DNA of 64,000 nt from Takakia lepidozioides (taxonomy: Eukaryota; Plantae; Bryophyta): assembly GCA_030704615.1 (NCBI GenBank), contig CM060734.1, positions 22,940,001-23,004,000 on the forward strand, given 5' to 3'. How positions within the stretch are numbered: position 1 is the stretch's first letter; every line of letters starts with the position of its first letter. The translations under genes were made by a program, and so were the position numbers. This document shows positions 12,293 to 23,183 of this stretch, piece by piece. The notes under the pieces were generated by a model that saw nothing but the letters and a program-made list of their open reading frames with translations, had not been told where the DNA came from and did no database searches.

Positions 12293-13809
12293 TCGTATCT
12301 GTAAGTGCCAGATACGAGTTAGTTGTAGCACTTGTGGTTTTTGCTTGAGAATGAGAGAAACCAGGTTGTTATGCAAGGAGCACCGTGGAGCTCTTGGTTG
12401 TTAGAAGCGGAGGCGATGTGGGTTACGAGGTAGTAGACCTTGGCATTCGATCTTCAGCTTCAGAGATGAAAACATCATGCTGCAGGTAATTCCAGAGCAC
12501 CTTGATGGTTTCAGATTATGTACATGCATGAGCAAGCACGATTGGGAAGAGGACCAGTCAAGAGCAGGTTAGAGTGGCTTTGGTGGCAAAGCTGAGAACT
12601 GGACTTGGGAATGCGAGCTTTCATTGTGTGAAGGATTGCAAGACCAAGCGAAAGGGCTGATTTGGCTTGGGGCAAATCAGTGCACTTTGTGGAGTATGTT
12701 GAGATTGGGTTTCAATCTCGAGCTTCAGCATTGAGAGGGCTCTTGTCATGACAAGAGCAGGGCTGGAACATGAGCTAAGAGGTGCGGCAAGGCCATGGAA
12801 TGTGTTTCAGAGCTTGGAAGAAGAGCTCTTGCACCACAAGAGGAGTGTCTTGTGGCTGGAAATGTAAGCCTTAGGGTTTCAGGAGCTTGGCAAAGGCTGT
12901 GGAGTGCTTAGTCTTGTCTTAGAGAGCATCAAGGAGCCAAGGAGCCAAGATAGGGGGCTGATACCTCTTGTGTGAAGAGGTTGCATGTGTGGAGCATGTA
13001 TTCAGCTCATTGAAGCTTCCATCTTCAAGCTTAGAGGGCAAACAAGGAAGATGGAAGGGCTGACTTCCCTTATGTGAGGGCAATGCATGTGTGGAGCATG
13101 CTTTCAGCCTGTTGAAGGCTTGTACTTTCAGGTTTGGGAGTGCAAGAAAAGAAGGAAGGGGCTGGTTCCCCTATAGGGCATGTGTGGAGCATGCTTTCAG
13201 CCCGCTGAAGCTTGTATTTTCAGGTTTGTGGGTGCAAGAAATGAAGCAAATGAGCTGATTCTCTTATGGTGAGAGTGGGGCATGTGTGGAGCATGCCTTC
13301 AGCTCATTGAGGCTCTTGTTTTCAAGCTTTAGAGAGCTAGAACGGAAGGGCTAGGGCTGGTTTCCACTTGGGGTGAAATAAAAGCACTTGTAGGGCCTAT
13401 GTGAGTTGGGGTTTCAACTTCAAGCTTGAAGGGAGCACAACTCTTGAAGCAGCAGGTGCAGGGGCTGGATTAGGTGCAAAGGGCATGCTATGGTCAAGAA
13501 AAGCACGTAAATGAGTGCCTACAAGGGCTGGAAGTCAGCCATGTTTGGTTAGTTGCCATAGGGATCAATGACGTTGTTTTGTGAATTAAAAGGAAGCTTG
13601 TGCACTTAGTTTCGGTTGCAAACATCTTCTTTTGGAATTAGAGCTACTATTGGTGGTGTGTGGGGGCCATAAAGAGCAAGAATACCTTGTTGATTTCCTC
13701 ACAGCCGCCATAGCTCGGTGCAAAGAAGCCTAGAGTCCAAGAGACACAAACCCTAGCTTGGCGTGGCTAAACCCCTTGGAGAAATGACTAAATTGCCATG
13801 AGTGGCCAT

Positions 13810-14170
13810 GGATGGGGCTGTGACAGGCTGTGATGGGCTGTGAGGGGCTTTGACAGGCTGTGCCCTGTGGCCTGTGGGGCTGTGACGGGCTGTGATCTTG
13901 TGACCTGTGTAGGGCTGTGACAGGCTGTGACCTGTGGCCTGTGGGGCTGTGACGGACTGTGATGGGCTGTGAGGGGGCTGTGACGGGCTGTGACAGGCTG
14001 TGGCATGTGGGGCTGTGATCCTGTGACCTGTGTAGGGCTGTGACAGGCTATGACCTGTGGCATTTGGGGCTGTGATGGGCTGTGGGCCTGTGACGGCTGT
14101 GACCAGTGATCTGTGTGGGCCTGTGCTGGTCTGTGGTGGCCCGTGTTGACCTGTGGACGGCCTGTGCTGA
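13810..14170. repeat. GGCTGTGA/CACAGCC-rich degenerate minisatellite in the retrotransposon leader
   Basis: Dense ggctgtga and cctgtg units. Confidence 0.85.
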
Positions 14171-14776
14171 CTCGTGGAGGCACTGGTGGACTGCCTAAGG
14201 ATTGGCATGTGGTCTTGAAGGCCGAATTTTGACGCTTGTGGAGGGCGGTTTGAGGAGTATCTTCATGATATTCCCATGGCCATGCAAGTGAGGGAAGAGA
14301 GGAGAGGAAGAGTGTTGGGATGAGGGCATGCTGGGGTTAGGCATTGCTTTAGCTTCTCTTCCTCGTAGTTTCCACCCTCTCATTAGGCCAAGACCTTTCC
14401 GTAGGTGGAGGCAAGAGTCTGTTCGGGTTTGGGCTAGGGTGTCCTTGCAGGAGCAACGCCGTGGAGTTGTTTTTGGTGTGGGGGAGTTGTCGTTCTGATT
14501 TTTTGTGTTTGGATCCCCTCCATACCTGCATGCTTGACTGTGCGCCATGTTAGTTTTGTGTGGGCGCTTGTTTTTATAGGTGATTGGTCCGGATTTGATC
14601 ACCGGCCAGTCCTACCATAGGAGTGCTTGCGGTGGATGCAGGTGCAGGTGTAGGCTATGTTAGGAACCTAGTATTCCAAACCATAAGCCGCAACAGGTTC
14701 TCTACCCGGTTACCTTGTGGAGAGGGGGTTAGGGACATGTTCATGACCGGTTGAGTGACAGTTTGTCAACACGGAG

Positions 14777-16301
14777 GTGCCACTAGTTGCTGGGGACAGT
14801 GCAGGTTCGAGCACTAGCAATACTAGTGGGTACACGAGACGAGGTGTGCGGTTTAGGCCACCTTCACCTCTTGTGTCTTCTACGGAAGGTTCTGATTCGG
14901 ATTGTGAATCAGGAGGACTCACACCGGCGGTGCAAGTTGTTTCCTTGCCATTGTTGTGGGACACAATGGAGGAGATGTATGGAGCTACCAAGGGGCCACG
15001 AAGGTACTCTGGGGTGGTGGGCACCATCGAGTTGGATGATTTTATCCAAGAGTTTGATAGTTGGTGTGATTTGCAGCAAATGCACAATCCACAACTATTT
15101 ACGCCTTTCATGGCATGGAAGGGGCTGTTTCAGCACCTTGAGGGGCCGCCTATGGATGATTACCATGAGTTCAGGCGGGGGCATGAGGTTGAGATCGAGG
15201 AGTGGAGGATGTACTGGTCACCCGACTATGTCTCCATCACTAGGGGCACTAGAGCCACGAGGGCATTGGCTACACCTGCCGCTGCACCGGCAGCTTCAGC
15301 AAGCAGCAGTGGGACTGGTGGTACAGTAGCTACGACGTCCACCCAAGCCACTACCGCACGAGCACTAGTACCCGTGCCTGCCTTCAACCCTGTTATGGAG
15401 TTCTTCGAAGAGTTGAGAGGGAACTACCAAGGGGTGAGGACAGAGAAGTTGCAGAGCTTGCAAGAGTTCCAACGGAAGCCTACTGAGAGCTTGAGGGAGG
15501 CTTTCACTCACATGAGGCGCTTGATAAATGTAACCCAAGGGGTTACGGAAGCTCAGGCAGTCCAATTTTGGTATGGGAGATTGGACAAGGAGCTGAGGAG
15601 AAGGGTGCGGGATGCAACTCTCCTACAAGCGGCCCAACCCACTTTAGCAAATGTGTTTTTGCTGGCAGAGCGGATAGAGCTCAACATGGTGGAGGAACGA
15701 GTGGTCATGGTGGGATTTGCTAAGGAGACACCACGGGGTAGTGGTGCTCCTAGCCAACCACTACCTCAACGTGCTCAAGGCAACAAGGGGGTCCAGGTGA
15801 AGCCCAGGGAAGGACAAAGAGATGCAGGGGTCTCTCCCTTCATTTGCAGGCCAACAACAGGCGGAGGTGGTGTGTTGGACATGTGGAGGACCCCATGTCA
15901 AGAAGGATTGCCCAGAGGGAGGCAAAGGGCCAGCATATGCACAGCCTGCACAGTTGCAGTGTGGGCATTGTGGCAAGCACGGGCATGGAGAGGCCCAGTG
16001 TTATGGTTTGCATCCTGAGTTGCGCCCAGGCCAGTTCCAAGGGAACAATGGTGGCCGGGGGCGAGGTGGAGCAGCCCAGAGAGGACGAGGTGGCCAGGCA
16101 CGGGGTGCAGGCCAAGGGCAAACTCAACATGGCCAAGGACGCGGAGGTCAGGGTGTTGACCAAGGCATGGCCAACCGGCTTCAGCAGCTAGAGCAGAGGC
16201 TCGCTGCCATGACTACAGCTCATTTGGTACCGGCTCCAATGCCGGATGGTCCACCTCCTGCTCCTGAGGGAGGAGATATGGGAGGCATGAGATTCATGTG
16301 A
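14777..16301 (+). pseudogene. gag: gag of the DNMT-Gypsy element (frameshifted)
   Basis: Capsid-like FQRKPTESLREAF...QFWYGRL. Knuckles CWTCGGPHVKKDC and CGHCGKHGHGEAQC lie in the overlapping ORF 15822..16301. RGG-rich tail. Confidence 0.85.
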
Positions 16302-16824
16302 TTCATGTGCGGAGCAGCACTACCACTAGTGCAGGTGGAGTCTGCTGCAGCCGTGACTCGAGGAGCAGCACGAGTTCCTGAGCCACGAGGTGCAGAGGTG
16401 GAGTTGGATCCACAGCAAGGGGAGGCAAGCTGTCAGGCTAGGCTTCCTCAGTCATTCACATTGGCGGAGACAGTGTTGACGTCATCCATGGCACCTAGTT
16501 CTCGCCCGACTGTTACCGAGGCGGAGGTTACTATGCCATTGGGGAGAGCTACACGGGCAGCATCACTACCTAGTGTTGCCAAGGCTACGGCAGCTAGTGT
16601 GCTGCTAGGAACGGCCATATCTGTGTGCCAGGCTCCATTGTTCTTGGCTACCATGATTGCGACGCCGAGGGTAAGACCAGCTGAGGTGTTCAGGCTACAC
16701 TCTGTGAGAGTGGGGAGGTTACTTCATCTTCTGCAGAGATAGTGGGAGGTGTAGTGCCGGAGGGATCCTCGGATTTGAGGGTCAGACTGCCGCGGCGGCG
16801 CCATGGCAAACTGCAGCTGTCAGG

Positions 16825-17330
16825 TTGATGGAGCTGCCAGCTAGGCCAGCCATTGAGCGCACCATGGTGACACCTGGAGTTGTCATGTTAGACAACCAGG
16901 ATGGCAATTTCTGTTTGAGTGGACCGGCAGGCAAGAGGTACCGGCCACTGCGGGTCTTGTTGGACTCGGGAGCTCAGCCATTGATGCTGGGCAGAGCTGC
17001 TATTGCAGGCTTGGGCCTCACATAGGCGGATATGGAGCCTTATCTTTTCCAGATACAGACGTCTCTAGAACGATCGGAGCATGCTTGGGGCATGACACGG
17101 CATGAGTTGGCTATCAGACTACGGCCGGATCACCCTACAGATGGCTCACTGATGCAAGCCAAGGCCATTGTGACAAACGCGGTCTCGTACGATGTCCTGG
17201 TTGGTGGGGCAGTGTTGTACCCCATGGGCTTCACCCTGGATTTTTGGGAGGAGTCAGCTTCCTATAGGCCTGGATGGCAGTCAGGGGAGGGCTGGCGTGT
17301 GCAGCTCCCTGTGACGTTCATAGGAGGAGT
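16825..17330 (+). pseudogene. pol: Retroviral-type aspartic protease domain
   Basis: VLLDSGAQPLMLG active site and downstream YDVLVG motif. In-frame stop at 17023. Confidence 0.85.
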
Positions 17331-17658
17331 TGCGGTTGCCCAGCGGGGCAAGATGCCGACACTAGCAGCATTCACAGCTGCAGTGACTTGGCCTAGAGAG
17401 TTGTTGGATGGCAACACTCATTCAGAGGATGTGTCACCTCCGGGAGAGCAGGATGACATACATGGTATGGCAGAGTTGCCTTCCATGGTTGCTTATACTC
17501 CATTGTGGGGCTTGAGCAAGGATTTGCAGCGGGTTGCTGATCAACGGGTGCAACAAGCCTGGATAGAGGCTTTTGTACTGTCAGGAGAGGATGACAGTGC
17601 GGGGATTGCACCAGGACCACCTCAGTTGTCACCATTGGACACCACACCGATCGTGTGG

Positions 17659-17864
17659 CAGTATCCGGATGAAGGCATTTGTCTTCTGGACTTGTTTGGC
17701 GGGATCAGCACCGGATTGGCTGCTGTGTTACAGGTAGGTGTACGAGTTCGGCGTTACTTGTATGTGTAGAGGGATGAGACTGCACGACACGTTTCACTTC
17801 GCCATGTTGCTCAGTTGGTGCAGCAATACCCTGAGTTGTTGCCGGTGTCTGCAGTTCGTGGAGC
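17659..17864 (+). pseudogene. C5-cytosine methyltransferase, N-terminal part (SAM-binding motif I), in frame with the protease
   Basis: EGICLLDLFGGISTGLAAVLQVGVRVRRYLYV*RD (FxGxG-type motif I plus the motif II region). Confidence 0.85.
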
Positions 17865-19300
17865 TTCCCCGTAAGCTTGTCTGACTCCATCAACCACTTG
17901 AGTGGCTGGTGATCCGTGACAAGGGTGAAGAGATTGCCGTATAGATAGCACCTGAAGTGTGTCACGACCCACACTGCAGCTAAGCACTCTCCCTCATATG
18001 AGCTGTACTTAGCCTCTGCAGCGTTGTTCGAGCGGCTAGCATAAGCCACTACGAACTCTCTTCCCTCATCATCCACCTGTGTGAGCACCGCTCCAAGCCC
18101 CAGCATGCTCCAATCCGTATGCAGCTGAAAGGGACGCCCCTTGATAGGTCGTCTCAGGATAGGCGCCGAGATCAACCTCGCCTTGAGCTCTTGAAAAGCT
18201 TGTTCCTGCTCATCTTCCCACTGCCACTCCTGGTCCACCTTGGTCAGCTTGGTTAGAGCCTTTGCAATGACACTAAATCCCTTGACAAACCGTCTATAAT
18301 AGTTTGCCAACCCCATGAAAGCTCGAACTCGGCTCACATCCGTGGGGCGTGGAATTTGTGCAATGGCCTCTACCTTAGTCTGCTGTACCCCCAATCCTCC
18401 AGGATATATCATGTGACCCAGATACTCAATCTGGTTGTGGAAAAACTTGCACTTCCCCGGATGCAACTTCAATCCGCGCGCTCTCAAGCGCTCCAATACC
18501 ACCTGAAGGTATCTCTCATGCTCTTCCATCGTAGCATTAAAGATGATGATTTCATCTATGTAGCACCGAGCAAAGTCCACCCCTGCTAGAATCCTATCCA
18601 TGACTCTTTGAAACTCTGCAGGAGCATTCTTAAGCCCAAATGGTAAGAACCGCCACTGATATAGGCAATCCTTGCCGTGCTCATTGATCCCCCAGAATGC
18701 CGTCTTCTGCTTGTCCGCCTCCTTGATCGGCAACTGGTGATATCCGTGAACCACCGGAACTGAAATGCGGCCCCGCATTTCCGTCCGAGTCGTAGCTTCC
18801 GGCATTCCAGAACGGAAATGTGGCGCCGCATTTCCATTTTGTATCTGTGGCATGGAGCTATGGGACGGAAATGCGGCACCGCATTTCCATCCGGGGGAGA
18901 CCTTCATACTCTCGAGAACATCGTAAATCCAAAGTGCTAAAGACCTTAGCATGCCCGATGGCATCAAAGATCTCCTCTGGTGTTGGCATGGCATACTTAT
19001 CGGACTTGGTCTGACGATTTACAGGCCGGTAATCACCGCACATACGTCTCTCTGTCCAATTGCCATACACATCCTTCTTGGCTGGCATCACTGTGGCTGA
19101 AGCATACTCTCCACCTGAGAGCTCCACCAAACCAGCCTCCCAGAGATCTTGAGTCCTCATCTGAATCAAAGACCTCTCCATGTCACTGTATCTATAGGGT
19201 CTCCGAAAGATTGGTGTGTCAGTGGCCAACTCAATACGAATCTCTTGACCCTTCAGTGCTCCCAAGTCCTTCAAACTGAAAGCAAAGCAATTCCTGCAAG
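17865..19300 (-). pseudogene. pol: Reverse transcriptase and RNase H of the DNMT-Gypsy element (inside the inverted segment)
   Basis: RMCGDYRPVN, STLDLR/GYHQ, LPFGLKNAP, CYIDEII (YxDD decayed), LHTDWS, YSSYEGECLA, TDHQPL. Confidence 0.92.
18747..18919. other. ~170-bp insertion in RT with three ggaaatgcggcNccgcatttcc hairpins
   Basis: Interrupts LDLR|GYHQ and shifts the frame. Palindromes at ~18762, 18813 and 18866. Confidence 0.75.
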
Positions 19301-19719
19301 CCCTCAGGAATCGCCGTATACATCGTCTCTCTCCTCCGGTGACAATGGGTCCAATGTCAAGCTCCCAATTGTCCTCCGTAACTGCAACCTTAAGTCCAGT
19401 GGGCTTAGAGGTAGAGGACGCGTCCAGTGGTTGCTATGTTGCAACCTCTTGAGCAGTACTCCCTGCCTGCTCAGTCAATGACAAGGCCTCATCCTGCCCC
19501 ATCATCTCATCCTCGAGGACTTCCTCAACCCGAGAAAAATCCCCTGCAACCTCATCTATCACCGCCGCCCTGGCTGCCAACTCCCTCTGAACTTCAAGCA
19601 CCTCCCACGTGTGCCATGGATGTCTGCACCCCGTGGTCCTCTCATGCTCGCCCCCACGCACTGCCTGTACCGTCTCGGTAGGCAGAGAGACCATCGAGGG
19701 AAGTGTACTCCGCACTCTG

Positions 19720-20492
19720 CGTTGCTCAGCCATAGCCAAGCTGATAATCCAGGTCAAGCAATTGAGATCCATTGCTTGCCCCAACACCTGACGACGTGAT
19801 GCCTCAGAAAGAGATGGCACCGTCGTGGTACCAGTGGTAAAACCCATTGCCCGCTCACGCTCGTCAGCATTAGGCTCCACTAACTGTTGTAACTGAGCAT
19901 CCCACAGGAGGCCAGGTCCACTATCCCGGAAAGCATGCGATCTTGGGAAGCTGAGCAGTGTAGGTAATGCTGCTCATGGTTGACCCACCTTGTTGACCAC
20001 TGCCAAAGGCAAACGGTCATCGTGTCTCACACGCTGAGACTGCCTCCCTGTGTCCAAAATGCTATCCACTGTGAGGTGTGCTGGCCGCTACACCCCATCA
20101 AATGCACGCTTGAGTAGTGCGGGTGGCATCAAGTTAGTCCACCATAGCCGTGGACGATGAGCCCGTGACCCCACTGTAGCTGCATCTAGCAACACTGCTG
20201 ACCCAAGCCACGACCAAACTTGATGCACACTGGCCATCACCCTGGCCCGAGAATCGCCCATCAGTGGCACATTCTCCAAGATGTATGTTGGAGATACAGC
20301 TTGATGAAGCTACAAGTGGCGCAAAACCCGTACCATCTCCCAAAACAGACCCGACCTTGAGTCTCGCAATCCATTGCCATGCCCGGCTGATGAATGCCCT
20401 TGGCAGGGCCAACCTGCCACTACCAGATCAATGGAGCCAACCCGCTCCAAATCCTGCGCCCCCAGCAACGAAATGTCTGCTGGCAAGGCCTG
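19720..20492 (-). pseudogene. C5-cytosine methyltransferase catalytic part (motifs III-X), DNMT3-like
   Basis: ADI (III), IDLVVAGWPCQGHS (IV, catalytic PC), RSGLFWE (V), ENV (VI), DAATVGSRAHRPRLWWTN (VII/VIII), ERERAMGF (IX), RRQVLGQAM (X). A few stops and frameshifts. Confidence 0.9.
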
Positions 20493-22229
20493 CTTGCACG
20501 GTGGGCACTCATACTCCGGGAGTATGACTTTCAGGTTGTGCATCAACCGGGTTTGGTCAATCGGGATGCGGATGGATTGAGTCGCAATCCATGCACGAGC
20601 CAGCAGGATGACACTGGAGCTCGGTGGCATGGTGAGACGGACGAGGAGATGGTGTCGGGATGGCATGCATCTGCCTTTTTGTGTATCTTGGCATCGGGAG
20701 GTCAGGTTGGACCTACAACAAGGATGACTGTAGACGGAGTGTCTGAGGACCCTGAGGCTAGTGATGAGCCAGGTGGTATCTAAGATATACATGAGGATTC
20801 GGCTGTGTTGGACTACCTCCGTACTGGAGACACGACAGCCACTGTGACTGCTAAGGAGAGGGATCGGATCCTGCAATGAGCCAAGAGGTTCAAGTGGGAG
20901 GGGATACACCTGCTCCGAGTATGGGAGGATGGTCGGGTGAGGATTGTGCCTCATCCCACACAGCGTGCACGGTTAGTGCGGCATGCCCATGAGGAGTTGG
21001 GGCATTTTGGAGTGCGACGCACTCACAGTTTACTGCAGGGGCAGTATTGGTGGCGTGGTATGCATACAGAGGTGCAATAGTTCGTGGCTAGGTGCATGGT
21101 GTGTGACAGGGTGCGTGCTTTATTCAACGCCCCTACACCACAGTTGCATCCTTTACCAATCATGGGATTGGGCTACAGGTGGAGTCTTGACTTCGCAGGA
21201 CCGTTGCCACTGACTATGCGCCACCACAGATATGTGTTGGTGATGGTGGAGCACTTCTCCAAGTGGATTGAGTTGGTTCCATTGCCTGACAAGGCTAGTG
21301 AGGGGGCTGCGTATGCATTCTTGGATTGTGTGCTTAGCCGATTCGGTGCTCCAGCTGAGGTACTCACGAACCAAGGGAGAGAGTTCTTGGGGAAGTTTCA
21401 GGCTTTGTGTGATAAAGCCTTGATAGACCACCGCACCACTTCTCGGGATCATCTTGAGGCCGATGGCTTGGCAGAGCAAGTTGTTCAGACGGTGAAGAGG
21501 GGTTTGCGCAAGTATGGCTTGCAAAAGGGATACCTAGGAGATTGGGATCTTCAGGTGCCTTGGTTAGCCATGGGCTACAAGTTCAGCAATCAAGCATCAC
21601 TTGCCTCTTTCTCACCATATTTCCTTCTCTTTGGCCGAGAGCCGGATTTGCCTGCAGCCATTCGTAGGGACACTGCTCAAGTCCTTAACCTTGACAATCC
21701 GGACGTGTGGGTACGTGCATATGATCAGCGTGCAGAGTTGTTCAAGAAAGTCATGCCCATGGCTTTTGAGAACCTTGCCATTGCACAGCACCGTGATACG
21801 TTGAGGTATGCCACTATACGTGGTGGAGGATATCGTCCTGGGGTTCGGCAATTTAGCCTGGGTGACTATGTTTATTTGCAGCAGACTGCTCCTTCGACCC
21901 TGGATGTCACTGCAGGGCGTGTTATTCTGAGGGTTCGAGAGGTGTTGCCCTCAGGAATCCTGATCTTGGAGGGTCGGGATGGCATGACTTGGAAAGACCA
22001 TGTGCGTAATTGTGCGCCATGTCACCTTCCCAATGTCGATGGCAGAGTTGACCCAAACTTGGCAGTGGTACCTGCAGGTTTGAGGTGCATGCTCTGTGGG
22101 TCAACCAAAGGGGCAGCCACCATGCTGGTGTGTGATCGATGCTCAAGAGGTTGGCATATGGGATGCTTGACACCACCTCTTGAGAGGGTTCCTGATGGAG
22201 ATTGGTTATGTCCACACTGCTTGGGATAG
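20493..22229 (+). pseudogene. pol: RNase H end, DDE integrase and C-terminal PHD finger
   Basis: LARWALIL, NRDADGLSR, HEELGHFG...CMVC (HHCC), WSLDFAGP, TNQGREF, DGLAEQ. PHD CMLC...CDRC...WHMGC...WLCPHC at 22086-22220. Confidence 0.92.
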
Positions 22230-22478
22230 TGGCAGTGGACATGACTAGAGGCAACTAACAAGACATAGGAGGCCGAGCTCATAGGAGTCAATACACGAGA
22301 TCCTAGGCTCAAGTTCACAGGTTGCAAGACGGTGACTAACGATGGGGCAACTCTTGCACCCGACCTCTTGATCTATCGAGTTTGAGTGTAGTAGGGACAG
22401 TGGTGGAGGACTTAGTGAGGCTATGGTCACTATCACATCTTGTGGCTACCTAGACTTAGAGGGACCTAAGCACCAGCT

Positions 22479-22488
22479 AGGGGGGCGA
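22479..22488 (+). promoter_or_regulatory. Polypurine tract
   Basis: aggggggcga immediately before the TG at 22490. Confidence 0.75.
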
Positions 22489-22489
22489 T

Positions 22490-22994
22490 TGTGTGGACTA
22501 GTGACTGCCATAGTGGGCAGCATAGTGGCAGCCTAGTGACTGACTAGTTGTAGCCTAGTGGTTGGACTAGTGGTGGACTAGTGGTATACTAGTGTGTGGC
22601 GTGCACATGTGTTGTGTGGTTTTGGACAACGATGTAGTTATGTAGCGATATGTATGCGCACGACAGCTGTCAAGTTATTTTACCACTAGTGTGAAACTAG
22701 CTAGGAAATAGCTAGCTTTTACATATTGACATTTGGGATTGGCCCAAGTGTCAATCCAGGGGTCAAGGCAGATTTAGGCCCTGGAGTGGTTATCTTCACG
22801 GCAAACGCGGGAGGCTCATCTTTCTCGAGTTGAGCCTCACTGCGCCTAGCTATGGCGCCGTAGTGTGGATTCCCCATGGCGTGGGGTGCACTTGGCTTGA
22901 CTTGTATTTGAGTGATGAGTTTATATATGCATGAGTTTAAGCTTCAGCTTTGTGAGCTCGCATGAGCTTGTGCTTGTATTCTTCTTCTTTATCA
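22490..22994 (+). repeat. Complete 3' LTR (B1 + gc + A2), TG...CA, 505 bp
   Basis: Preceded by the PPT. Its A half equals 11950-12276 and its B half equals 22996-23183. Confidence 0.85.
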
Positions 22995-22995
22995 T

Positions 22996-23183
22996 TGTGT
23001 GGACTAGTGACTGTCATAGTGGGCAGCATAGTGGCAGCCTAGTGATTGACTAGTTGTAGCCTAGTGGTTGGACTAGTGGTTGGACTAGTGGTGGACTAGT
23101 GGTATACTAATGTGTGGCGTGCACATGTGTTGTGTGGTTTTGGATAACGATGTAGTTGTGTAGCGATATGTATGCGCACGACA
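22996..23183 (+). repeat. Repeat B2 (second copy of the LTR 5'/U3 part, placed after the 3' LTR)
   Basis: Near-identical to 22490-22665 plus a 12-bp internal duplication. Ends cgcacGACA. Confidence 0.93.

Larger units (their letters stand above)
11950..23183 (+). mobile_element. Ty3/Gypsy LTR retrotransposon with C5-DNA methyltransferase and PHD domains and permuted terminal repeats; decayed, with an internal inversion
   Basis: Order is gag (two CCHC knuckles), protease, C5-MTase, RT, RNase H, integrase, PHD once 17865-20492 is re-inverted. Terminal repeats A1 11950-12276, B1 22490-22665, A2 22668-22994, B2 22996-23183. Ends TGTC...GACA. Confidence 0.92.

Noticed and set aside
13753-14208. 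Ser/Pro/His-rich ORFs, and similar ones in LTRs at 33942, 47465 and 62673
   Set aside because: By-products of the CACAGCC minisatellite.
17659-20492. Host DNMT3/DRM gene disrupted by a retrotransposon
   Set aside because: Intron-less, in frame with the protease and collinear with RT after re-inversion. No host N-terminal domains.
11950-23183. DIRS/Ngaro tyrosine-recombinase retrotransposon (suggested by the split repeats)
   Set aside because: It encodes a protease and a DDE integrase with Gypsy-type RT and a PPT. No tyrosine recombinase motif was seen.
22668-23183. A2+B2 as the true 3' LTR
   Set aside because: The PPT precedes B1 and the primer site follows A1, so the replication-defined LTR is B+A. 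The 5' end has no B after A1.
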